Shown piece by piece: positions 46,401-53,592 of a stretch of DNA of 64,000 nt (positions within the stretch are counted from its first letter, which is position 1; each line of letters starts with the position of its first letter). A program made the translations under genes and the position numbers. The DNA is taken from positions 8,321 to 72,320 of the forward strand of contig JAXHUO010000015.1 in NCBI GenBank assembly GCA_034189605.1. Direction: 5' to 3'. This DNA comes from Chloroflexota bacterium (GTDB lineage: Bacteria > Chloroflexota > Anaerolineae > B4-G1). Below the pieces are notes generated by a model, which saw only the letters and a program-made list of their open reading frames with translations, had not been told where the DNA came from and did not search any database.

Positions 46401-46862
46401 ATGGATGTGGTGCGCAAACTCTCGCTTGATCTGCGCCCGGCAGCGCTGGATGAACTGGGGTTACCGGCAGCCCTCGAATGGCATATCGAACGTTACCAGC
46501 ATCAGACCGGCTTGCGGGTCACCTTACACCAGGGACTGCTTCCCACGTTGCCCGACTCCCTGGCTACAGCGGTGTATCGCATTATCCAGGAGGCGCTGAC
46601 CAACGTCGCACGCCATGCCTCTGCTAAATCGGTCATGGTGGAAGTGGAGCATACTAGTCCGAGTCTGTGTGTGCGGGTGACGGATGATGGCTGTGGTTTC
46701 GACGTTGCGGCTGTCTTGCGGGCAGGCTCGGCCGAGGAACGTTTTGGCCTGATGGGACTGGAGGAGCGCGCCACGCTTCTGGGCGGCAAGGTGAACATTG
46801 AATCGGCCCCCGGGCAGGGGACCAGGATTGCGGTCGAGTTGCCGCTGCCGGAGCGTGAGTGA
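43452..46862 (+). CDS. multidomain sensor histidine kinase (N-terminal REC, PAS, GAF x2, HisKA_3, HATPase_c)
   Basis: 1136 aa. REC-like N-terminus (LVIADCRL...DYVIKSP), PAS segments, GAF-like segments, H-box RIARELHDEVGQ and an ATPase domain with a GQGT G2 box. Confidence 0.85.
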   Translation: MNGILRILILGDTSEWRTLGMPELDWEIPDFQVQQITEAKGFAQALEGGNFDLVIADCRLQWADGMEVIRMVVSRWPECPVIMLADTSTEEIAAEAIQAGLVDDYVIKSPEHFARLPVVALLTLQRARQRQSLKEANARYRSLFDGVPVALYRTTPDGKALDANLTLVQMLGYPNRESLLAVSASDVYVNPEDRQRWQALMDREGVVRDFEMQLRQCDGTVIWVRDSAHTVCDSDGQVLYYEGFMEDITARRRVEEKERQYIHDLARLSKSAMEFVDLPPEEDIYWFIGNCLKEIVGDAIVIVSSFDVASDTFCVRAVSGIEGRIEVLIEILGSDLVGRSFVVGGKVKPAPTAGRLVEIPWDLYEFSSRRVPKGVCQVLERVFNLGDIYVMGFFRKGELFGSAVIMMHRGAELKNPGIVETFINQASVALQRKQAEESLRRERDFSQNIIETTPALVVMLDAGGRITMLNRACEELTGYTAAEAIGQEISKFLIPARFVQDEHKVFSSLQAGVPPGNYEIPLLTRDGNERWITWTYADVKDEAGNVTSIVGIGVDVTDFRRVQQALERRNRELQALVEAGQLLSGTLNLDQVLDRLLDVVQKQFNMASVSFSSYDPDRQMFEIRAQRYDAPEHQVGRIGDRRTRDQHPYSSRALDTGQPVYEPDLWNAPHISEEKQAEARGKNIRSVVEVPLIAKSQPVGVLHLRSFETPRFFTEEELAFARAIAPGAAAAIDNARLYRRLEQRIQEISTLYHAGQVLTGVIDMERLLHFVIEAAVGVLPSAEKGTIQLYDRESDMLVARAGIGYSEQELAQMRFLPDASVAGQCFTTAKPWVVDDTTDDPYFQHVGPPVVGRIRSMVAVPLVSKGRSIGVFCVDNLSTTSAFAADAVRVLSTLAAQAAAAIEAARLFTEVDAARARAEGLAARVVQAQEDERRRIARELHDEVGQLLTGAKLSQEMLVADLPAELAELRERALENVDLIDETMDVVRKLSLDLRPAALDELGLPAALEWHIERYQHQTGLRVTLHQGLLPTLPDSLATAVYRIIQEALTNVARHASAKSVMVEVEHTSPSLCVRVTDDGCGFDVAAVLRAGSAEERFGLMGLEERATLLGGKVNIESAPGQGTRIAVELPLPERE

Positions 46863-46872
46863 GACCATTCTT

Positions 46873-47532
46873 ATGAATGCGGTTCGTGTGTTGTTAGCCG
46901 AAGATCATCATTTGGTGCGCCAGGGCCTACGAGCATTGCTGGAGAGAGACTCGGACATTGAGGTCGTGGGAGAGGCGGCCGATGGATTGGAGGCTCTTCA
47001 CCTGATCGAAGAGATCCAGCCCGACGTCGTGGTGATGGACATCACTATGCCTGGCTTGAATGGACTGGAAGTGTTGCGGCGTGTCCGCCAGCGATTGCCA
47101 GAGGTACGGGTGCTGATGCTCTCGGTGCACGAGGGAGGGGCATATGTCCTGCGTGCACTACAGGCTGGCGCCTCCGGTTATCTGCTCAAGCGTTCGCTCA
47201 GCGCCGAGTTGTTGCTGGCGATTCGCGCAGCCCAACGCGGTGAGGTGTTCCTCAGCCCAGCCGTATCGCAAATCATTATCACCCGCGTTCTCCAGGGCAT
47301 ATCCCCTGAGGAGGGCAAGACCCCATACGACAGGTTGACGCCTCGCGAGCGCGAGGTGTTCCAACTTATCGCCGAAGGGTATACCAATCAGGCGATTGCG
47401 CACCGGCTGACCATCAGTGTGCGCACTGTTGAGACACACCGCGCCCATCTGATGGATAAACTGGACATCCACGATGTGGCTGGACTGACCCGGTTGGCCA
47501 TTCAGTTGGGTTTGGTCGAGTCTGTTGGGTGA
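46873..47532 (+). CDS. response regulator, NarL/LuxR family
   Basis: I prefer ATG 46873 (the track starts at 46798, inside the kinase gene). VLLAEDHHLVRQGL, DVVVMDITMPGLNG and a C-terminal LuxR HTH (LTPREREVFQLIAEGYTNQAIA). Confidence 0.9.
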   Translation: MNAVRVLLAEDHHLVRQGLRALLERDSDIEVVGEAADGLEALHLIEEIQPDVVVMDITMPGLNGLEVLRRVRQRLPEVRVLMLSVHEGGAYVLRALQAGASGYLLKRSLSAELLLAIRAAQRGEVFLSPAVSQIIITRVLQGISPEEGKTPYDRLTPREREVFQLIAEGYTNQAIAHRLTISVRTVETHRAHLMDKLDIHDVAGLTRLAIQLGLVESVG

Positions 47533-47550
47533 GGGTGACTGTCTGTACCT

Positions 47551-49998
47551 TTATCCTCCGTACAGTGCCCTGTAGACTGCCCAGTGCTCTTTGATGCGCT
47601 GGATGTAGAGACGTGGTTCGTGCAGGGTGATGAGTTCGAGGAACAGGTCGGGGTCGTCGCCGGCAGCCTCCAGCCAGCGCTCGGCGCGGAAAGGGCCCCC
47701 ATTGTAGGCTGACAGCGCTACGTCCAGGCGGTTATCGAAGCGGTAGTATTGTTGCGCCAGGTAGTAGGTGCCAAAGCGCAGGCTGACGTAGGGGAGGTAT
47801 AGGTCGGCAGTCTTATAGTCCGGCGGCCAGTCCAGTTCGGTGGCTATCTGTGCGCCGGTGGGGGGAATCACCTGCATCAGCCCGTGAGCGCTGGCGGTGG
47901 AGGTGGCGAGGCTCTCGAAGAGGCTCTCCTGCCGGATGAGGGCGAAGACGAGAAGCGGGTCGAGATCGTTCGCGTGAGCGTTCTGCAGCACCAGATCCTC
48001 GTGGTAGGTGGGGTAGGCCAGACGGGCGATGAAGGCTGGGGCCTCAATGGTGGTGGCAACCGGGGAGAGGTGCACGACTCTCGTGGCGCAGAGGATGGAG
48101 GAGCGGTAGAGACCGATGTCGCGGAATAGAAGCGCCAGTTGGTACTGGGCCAGCGCGTCCGACCTGGTGTCATAGCGGAGGGATTCCAGTTCCCATTTGG
48201 CCTCCTCAAAGCAGCCCAATCGCCATAATTCCAGGCCACGTTGGAGGTGGGGTGTAGCGACGAGGTCGGGATCCAGCAGGGGCGGGGTCACCCCGCTTTC
48301 ACCCAGATCCAATCCCAGCCACCCGGCCAACCACTCCTCCGCCTCGGCCTGGGCTGTGACGGCATCATAGTCGGGTCTGTACCGGGTGGGTGAGAAAGAC
48401 GGAGAGGGCGGGTCGGCGATCAGATCAACGGCACGCAGACCATAGTAACTGGTGGGGTCAGCGGTGCTGGCCTCCTCGAAGGCGGCCGAGGCCGCCTCGT
48501 TGTCTTCCTGGGCCAGGCTGAGTTTGCCCAGCCAGAGGAGGGCCGCGGGGTTATAGGGGGAAGTGGGGTAGGCGGCGACCAGCGTATCCCAGGCGGCAGC
48601 GGCGTCCTCTAACTCGTCCAGTTGATAGGATTGCAGCCCGCTGCGGAAGAGGGCCGGAGGGCCATAATCGGAATCGGGATAGGCGGTGTGGCAGTCCAGG
48701 TAAGCTGCTGCCGCGGCTTCCAGTTCGCCAGCCCGCTCCAGGAGTTGGGCCGCTTCCCAAAGTGCCTCCGGTGCACGGGAGTGATCAGGGGCAGCGGTGG
48801 CGAATTCCCAGTAGGTGATGATGGCGGCGTGGGTATCGCCAGCATCATCCTGGGCCTCGGCCAGGTCCATCCAGGCATCACCCCAGTGCTCGTTCTCCGG
48901 CTGGGCCTCGATCAATGTCTGGAACTCACCCGCAGCCAGATTGGGGCTCCCGGCGGCCAGGTACGCCCGGCCCGCATACCAATGGGCGTCTCCAGAGTAG
49001 GTCTCGGGGTTGGCGCGTATATAACGGTGAAAGGCCTCGACCGCCGGGCCGTAGGCTCCCCCGTAATAGTCCACCACGCCGCGCAGAAAGTCGTCCACCG
49101 TCCGTCCGGCCTCCACCAGTTCGACCAGTGAGAGGTAGGCATAGTGCTCAGTGGAATAGTCCTCGACGACGGCCAGGTGGCGGTCGTAGCCAGCCTCGGT
49201 CTCCCCGGCCAGGATGAGCGTCTCAGCAGCCTGGTGCTCAATGCGGGCGCGGTAGGCGCGTATCTGTGCTATGTCGAGGATAGCGTCGTACTGGGCGATG
49301 GCGGCGGGGTAATTCTCCAGGGCAACCTGGGTGAGGGCCAGTTTCTCACGCACGCCGACCTCGAAGGAACGGTCGGGAACCTCAGCGAGGGCGGCCTCGT
49401 AGGCTCTGACGGCCGGGAGGTAGTCGCCGCCAGCGTGGAAGGCATCCCCCAGCCGTTGGTTCACGTAGGCGGTGATGACCGTCCCGGCGGAAAGATAGGC
49501 CTGGTATTCTTCAGTCGCCGTCAGCGGTTCGCCTGTACCAACGAGAGCCTCGGCCAGCAGGAAGTGGCCGTCGGGGGCCAGGTCACTTTCGGGATAGGCA
49601 TCCAGAAAATCGCGGAGGGCGTCGGCGGCGCTGAGGTAATCGCCAGCGCGCAGGTAGGCCGTGCCCAGGCCAATCTGAGCCTGGGCTGTGCTTTCCCTGT
49701 CAAGAGGGAGGGCCAGCAGGCCACGATAAGCATCGGCGGCGGTCTCATAGTCGCCATCCTGCAGCGCTTGCGTGGCGTCAGAGAGCCATTCGCCGGGGTC
49801 GGGGGTGGGGGTCGGCGTGGAAGTGGGCGTGGGAGCAGGTGTGGAGGTGGGCGTGGGGGTGGGGGTGGGAGTGAGAGTGAGTGTGGGGGTGGCGGTGGCA
49901 AAGAGTGGCGGTGGTGTTAGGTAGGAGGGTACGTTGCAAGCCAGCGCTGCCGCGATCAGTGTGGAGAGAGCCCAAAGGGCCAGTTTCGGTCGGCGCAT
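47551..49998 (-). CDS. TPR-repeat lytic transglycosylase (SLT domain)
   Basis: I prefer ATG 49998 (MRRPKLALWAL signal peptide). Pro/Thr linker, long TPR region and a C-terminal SLT domain (LIRQESLFES, AHGLMQV, YNGG). Confidence 0.8.
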   Translation of the reverse strand: MRRPKLALWALSTLIAAALACNVPSYLTPPPLFATATPTLTLTPTPTPTPTSTPAPTPTSTPTPTPDPGEWLSDATQALQDGDYETAADAYRGLLALPLDRESTAQAQIGLGTAYLRAGDYLSAADALRDFLDAYPESDLAPDGHFLLAEALVGTGEPLTATEEYQAYLSAGTVITAYVNQRLGDAFHAGGDYLPAVRAYEAALAEVPDRSFEVGVREKLALTQVALENYPAAIAQYDAILDIAQIRAYRARIEHQAAETLILAGETEAGYDRHLAVVEDYSTEHYAYLSLVELVEAGRTVDDFLRGVVDYYGGAYGPAVEAFHRYIRANPETYSGDAHWYAGRAYLAAGSPNLAAGEFQTLIEAQPENEHWGDAWMDLAEAQDDAGDTHAAIITYWEFATAAPDHSRAPEALWEAAQLLERAGELEAAAAAYLDCHTAYPDSDYGPPALFRSGLQSYQLDELEDAAAAWDTLVAAYPTSPYNPAALLWLGKLSLAQEDNEAASAAFEEASTADPTSYYGLRAVDLIADPPSPSFSPTRYRPDYDAVTAQAEAEEWLAGWLGLDLGESGVTPPLLDPDLVATPHLQRGLELWRLGCFEEAKWELESLRYDTRSDALAQYQLALLFRDIGLYRSSILCATRVVHLSPVATTIEAPAFIARLAYPTYHEDLVLQNAHANDLDPLLVFALIRQESLFESLATSTASAHGLMQVIPPTGAQIATELDWPPDYKTADLYLPYVSLRFGTYYLAQQYYRFDNRLDVALSAYNGGPFRAERWLEAAGDDPDLFLELITLHEPRLYIQRIKEHWAVYRALYGG

Positions 49999-50004
49999 GG
50001 TTCT

Positions 50005-50033
50005 ATTATCGCCGAGAGGGGCGAGTTTGTCAA
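50005..50033 (-). promoter_or_regulatory. consensus promoter TTGACA-17-GATAAT placing the TSS on the ATG of the lytic transglycosylase gene (leaderless)
   Basis: On the minus strand, -35 at 50033-50028, a 17-nt spacer, and -10 at 50010-50005. Six nt later comes ATG at 49998-49996, with no SD. Confidence 0.6.
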
Positions 50034-50051
50034 CTGGGGGCATCTCGATAG

Positions 50052-50080
50052 TTGACAGAAATGCTCAATTAATGTACAAT
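50052..50080 (+). promoter_or_regulatory. consensus promoter TTGACA-17-TACAAT for the Rrf2/isc operon
   Basis: -35 at 50052-50057 and -10 at 50075-50080. A 21-nt leader with an AGGAGGGG SD precedes ATG 50102. Confidence 0.6.
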
Positions 50081-50101
50081 CGCCGTGTTTTAGGAGGGGC
50101 G

Positions 50102-50545
50102 ATGCGAATTTCAACACGCGGGCGATACGCGCTGCGAGCGATGGTGGATTTGGCCCTGCATACCGATGGGGGGGCAGTTTCGCGCTGCGACATCGCCACG
50201 CGACAGGGGATTTCGGCCGACTATGTGGCCCAGTTGTTCCGGCGGCTCCGTGTGGCGGGGCTGGTGGAGGGAGTGCGAGGGCCAGGTGGTGGTTACCGGC
50301 TGGCCCGTGACGCTACGACAATCTACGCGAAGGACGTGGTGTGGGCGGTCGAGGGTCCCATTGACGTGACTGGTTGTGTGGCCGTCGGTGGCGACCTGGC
50401 GTGCCAACGGGTTGAAGAGTGCGTGACGCGGGTGGTCTGGCAACTGGTCGCTCGGGCGGTGGAGGAGGTATTGAGTGAGATTACGTTGGCTGAATTGCGT
50501 GACAAGGCGCGGACACTGGTCATGCAAGATGTGGAGGTGGAATGA
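50102..50545 (+). CDS. Rrf2 family transcriptional regulator (IscR-like)
   Basis: 147 aa. MRISTRGRYALRAMVDLAL wHTH domain, and three Cys in GCVAVGGDLACQRVEECV. Confidence 0.85.
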   Translation: MRISTRGRYALRAMVDLALHTDGGAVSRCDIATRQGISADYVAQLFRRLRVAGLVEGVRGPGGGYRLARDATTIYAKDVVWAVEGPIDVTGCVAVGGDLACQRVEECVTRVVWQLVARAVEEVLSEITLAELRDKARTLVMQDVEVE

Positions 50546-51753
50546 GCCACATTTATATGGATCATAACGCGACGACGCCGCTGCGCAAAGATGTGCTGGA
50601 GGTGATGTTGCCATACCTGCGGGAGGAGTTTGGCAATGCCTCCAGTTTGCATTTCTTTGGCATCCGGGCGCGCCGAGCCGTCGAGGCGGCGCGGGAGAAA
50701 GTGGCGACGGCATTGGGGGTGCAGCCGCGCGAAATCATCTTTACCGGGTGTGGTACAGAGTCCGACAATCAGGCTATCAAGGGGGTGGCCTTTGCCAATG
50801 GGAACGACCGAGGCCAGGGCGATCACATCATCACTTCGCGTATCGAACACAAGGCGGTGTTGCAGACCTGTCAGTACCTGGAGAAGCAGGGTTTTCGGGT
50901 CACCTATTTGCCGGTGGATGAGCATGGCCTGGTTAACCCCGACGACGTGGCGCAGGCGATCACTGACCGGACGGTGTTGGTGAGTGTGATGTTCGCCAAC
51001 AACGAGGTGGGCACGATCCAGCCCATCGCTGCCATCGCGCGAGTCTGCCGGGAGAGAGGGGTCTATTTTCACACCGACGCGGTGCAGGTGGTAGGCAAGT
51101 TGCCGATTGACGTGAGCGAACTGGGAGTGGACCTGCTCTCGCTTTCGGCGCACAAGTTCTACGGCCCCAAGGGAGTCGGAGTGTTATACGTGCGCCGGGG
51201 TGTGAAGGTTGACCCGTTGTTACATGGGGGGCATCAGGAGTGGGGGCGCCGGGCGGCTACGGAGAATGTCGCCGGTATCGTAGGGCTGGGCCGGGCGCTG
51301 GAGTTGCGGTTAGGAGAGATGGATGCAGAGGCGGAGCGGCTGACGGTGCTGCGGGAACGGCTCTACACTGGACTTTTGGAGCGGATTCCTCACGTTTATC
51401 TGAATGGTCACCCCACTGAACGACTGCCGGGCACACTGAATGTGTGTTTCGAGTACATTGAGGGCGAGGGAATCATTATGGGCCTGGACCTGGCAGGAGT
51501 GGCGGTCTCCAGCGGCTCGGCATGTACCTCAGCAGAACTTGCGCCCTCGCACGTATTGCTGGCGATGGGAGTGCCCCCCGCCGTGGCGCAGGGTTCAATC
51601 CGTTTCAGCCTGGGGCGGGAGAACAGCGAGGCAGACGTGGACTATGTGTTAGAGAAATTGCCCCCGATCATTGAGCGGCTGCGCGCGATGTCCATGTTCT
51701 CGCCGCAGGTGCCATTCCCAGAGGATGCCGGACCCCGGAGCCGGGAGCATTGA
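50542..51753 (+). CDS. cysteine desulfurase (NifS/IscS family)
   Basis: 403 aa. PLP-Lys motif SAHKFYGPKG and active-site SSGSACTS. 4-nt overlap with the Rrf2 gene. Confidence 0.92.
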   Translation: MSHIYMDHNATTPLRKDVLEVMLPYLREEFGNASSLHFFGIRARRAVEAAREKVATALGVQPREIIFTGCGTESDNQAIKGVAFANGNDRGQGDHIITSRIEHKAVLQTCQYLEKQGFRVTYLPVDEHGLVNPDDVAQAITDRTVLVSVMFANNEVGTIQPIAAIARVCRERGVYFHTDAVQVVGKLPIDVSELGVDLLSLSAHKFYGPKGVGVLYVRRGVKVDPLLHGGHQEWGRRAATENVAGIVGLGRALELRLGEMDAEAERLTVLRERLYTGLLERIPHVYLNGHPTERLPGTLNVCFEYIEGEGIIMGLDLAGVAVSSGSACTSAELAPSHVLLAMGVPPAVAQGSIRFSLGRENSEADVDYVLEKLPPIIERLRAMSMFSPQVPFPEDAGPRSREH

Positions 51754-51774
51754 TGTATTTAAGGAGATCAGATA

Positions 51775-52167
51775 GTGGCAGAGTTTGGCTGGTACAGTGA
51801 GAAGGTGCTGGAGCACTACCAGCACCCGCGCAATTTGGGAGAGATTGAGCAGGCCGACGGTGTGGGCATGGTGGGCAACCCGGTCTGTGGTGATATGATG
51901 AAGATCACGATCAAGGTCCAGGACGATAGGATTGAGGATGTAAAGTTCAAGACTTTTGGTTGTGGTGCGGCCATCGCTACCACGTCTATGGTGACTGAAC
52001 TGGTCAAAGGAAAAATGCTGGATGAGGCACTGCAGGTCACCAACCAGGATGTGGTCGAGGCGTTGGATGGCCTGCCGCCCATCAAGGTGCATTGTTCGCT
52101 GCTGGCCGAGGAGGCGATCAAGGCGGCAATTGAGGATTATCGGAGTAAAATAGCCAGCGACCAGTGA
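51775..52167 (+). CDS. Fe-S cluster assembly scaffold (NifU N-terminal / IscU-like)
   Basis: 130 aa. GNPVCGDMM, FKTFGCGAAIA and KVHCS cluster-ligand motifs. Confidence 0.9.
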   Translation: MAEFGWYSEKVLEHYQHPRNLGEIEQADGVGMVGNPVCGDMMKITIKVQDDRIEDVKFKTFGCGAAIATTSMVTELVKGKMLDEALQVTNQDVVEALDGLPPIKVHCSLLAEEAIKAAIEDYRSKIASDQ

Positions 52168-52193
52168 AATGGCCCAACGCCGAGGTTTCAGGG

Positions 52194-52228
52194 GCTGACT
52201 GCTAACCGCTGACCGTTAACGGCTATTA
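52194..52228. repeat. heptanucleotide tandem repeat, GCTNACC-type x5, followed by a T7 G8 homopolymer pair
   Basis: Units are gctgact gctaacc gctgacc gttaacg gctatta. T7 at 52231-52237 and G8 at 52238-52245 follow, directly upstream of ATG 52248. Confidence 0.75.
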
Positions 52229-52247
52229 ACTTTTTTTGGGGGGGGCG

Positions 52248-52544
52248 ATGGCAGAGACGGTATCTGACCATCTGCGGAAACTGAAATCGAGCCTGGCGGG
52301 TGTGCGCTCCCATGCAGCCTGGCAATTGGGGCGCTTGGGTGATACCAGTGCGGTGCCGGCTTTGGTCCAGGTGCTACAGACGGACGAAAACGAGGATGTG
52401 CGCTGGACAGCCGCCTGGGCGCTGGCCGAACTGGGGGACACAGCCGCAGCCCCGGCGCTTGAGGCGGTCAGCAAGACAGACAAGAGCGGTGAGGTGCGGG
52501 CGCGGGCCTGGGAAGCCCTACGGGTTTTGAGAGGCGGTGGGTGA
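52248..52544 (+). CDS. HEAT-repeat protein ending in LRGGG
   Basis: 98 aa from ATG 52248. Three HEAT/PBS-lyase-type repeats (LGDTSAVPALVQVL..EDVRWTAAWALAELGDTAAAPAL..EVRARAWEAL). The C-terminus is RVLRGGG-stop. Confidence 0.7.
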   Translation: MAETVSDHLRKLKSSLAGVRSHAAWQLGRLGDTSAVPALVQVLQTDENEDVRWTAAWALAELGDTAAAPALEAVSKTDKSGEVRARAWEALRVLRGGG

Positions 52545-53392
52545 CGGTGGGCAAATCGGATTTGCAGAGACGCATTGGCGAACTGGCGGACGTGGAAGGT
52601 GACGTGCGCCTTATTCGTCTTCAATGGGTGCACGAGTTGGCTGCTGAGAACGATTGCTCCATCCGGGACGTGGAGTTGGCAGCGTTAGAAGCGGATGTCC
52701 TCCCCTGGCGGTATTTGCGCAGCCTGGGCACGGTTGGCCTGGAGGGGCAAGCCCGGCTCTTGCGGGCCACAGTGGCGGTCGTGGGGCTGGGTGGGCTGGG
52801 GGGATACATTGTGGAGGCGCTGGCCCGCATGGGGGTGGGACGGTTGATCCTGATAGACGGAGACGTCTTTGAGGAGCACAATTTCAACCGGCAGGTCTTG
52901 AGCGGCGAGGCTAAACTGGGCATGGATAAGGCCCAGGCCGCGCACGACCGTGTCGCCAGGATCAACGGCGCGGTGGAGGTCGTGGCCCACGCGATGGCGC
53001 TTACCCGGGAAAACCTGCCCCGGCTGCTGGAGGGGGCGGACGTGGTCGTAGATGGCCTCGACCGGTTGCCCACTCGTCTGGCTCTGCAGGAGGGGGCCCA
53101 GGCGCTGGGTATCCCGATGGTGCACGGCAGCATCGCGGGCTTCCTGGGGCAGGTGATGACCATCTTCCCTGGTGATCTGGGCCTGCGTAGCCTGTATGGT
53201 GAAGGGGGCGATCTCCCGGAGCAGGGGCTTGAGGTGCAACTGGGATGCCCGGCCGCGACGCCGATGGCGGTGGCGGCCTGGGAGGCGCAGGAGGTCGTCA
53301 AGATTCTGCTTGGACGCGGCGAACTCCTCCGGCGACGGTTGTTAGTGATGGATATGGAGACGGGTACAGTCGAGGTTCTGCAGTTGGGTTGA
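52541..53392 (+). CDS. ThiF/MoeB/HesA-family E1-like adenylyltransferase with ~60-aa N-terminal extension
   Basis: 283 aa. VAVVGLGGLGGYIVEALARMGVGRLILIDGDVFEEHNFNRQ nucleotide-binding motif. Its GTG start overlaps the TGA of the HEAT gene. Confidence 0.85.
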   Translation: MTVGKSDLQRRIGELADVEGDVRLIRLQWVHELAAENDCSIRDVELAALEADVLPWRYLRSLGTVGLEGQARLLRATVAVVGLGGLGGYIVEALARMGVGRLILIDGDVFEEHNFNRQVLSGEAKLGMDKAQAAHDRVARINGAVEVVAHAMALTRENLPRLLEGADVVVDGLDRLPTRLALQEGAQALGIPMVHGSIAGFLGQVMTIFPGDLGLRSLYGEGGDLPEQGLEVQLGCPAATPMAVAAWEAQEVVKILLGRGELLRRRLLVMDMETGTVEVLQLG

Positions 53393-53433
53393 GGTCACGA
53401 CGACGCTTGCCAGGCGGAGGGGTAAGACTGAGC

Positions 53434-53463
53434 GAGCCTACGTCAGTAGGCTCGTTTGCGTTT
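53434..53463 (+). terminator. intrinsic terminator after the E1-like gene
   Basis: GAGCCTAC gtca GTAGGCTC (8-bp stem) followed by GTTTGCGTTT. Confidence 0.7.
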
Positions 53464-53540
53464 GGAGACAGTACCGGTCTGAAGAGCCTGCGTTGGGCTG
53501 TCCCCTCGGCGTCGTCTGTTCGCGGTGACGCATTGGCACT

Positions 53541-53569
53541 TTGACAATGTTCCTGGGATGTGATATTCT
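53541..53569 (+). promoter_or_regulatory. candidate promoter (TTGACA-17-TATTCT)
   Basis: -35 at 53541-53546 and -10 at 53564-53569. GGAGG at 53582-53586 lies 6 nt before GTG 53593. Confidence 0.5.
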
Positions 53570-53592
53570 CTCTCGACCGGTGGAGGTGTGGT

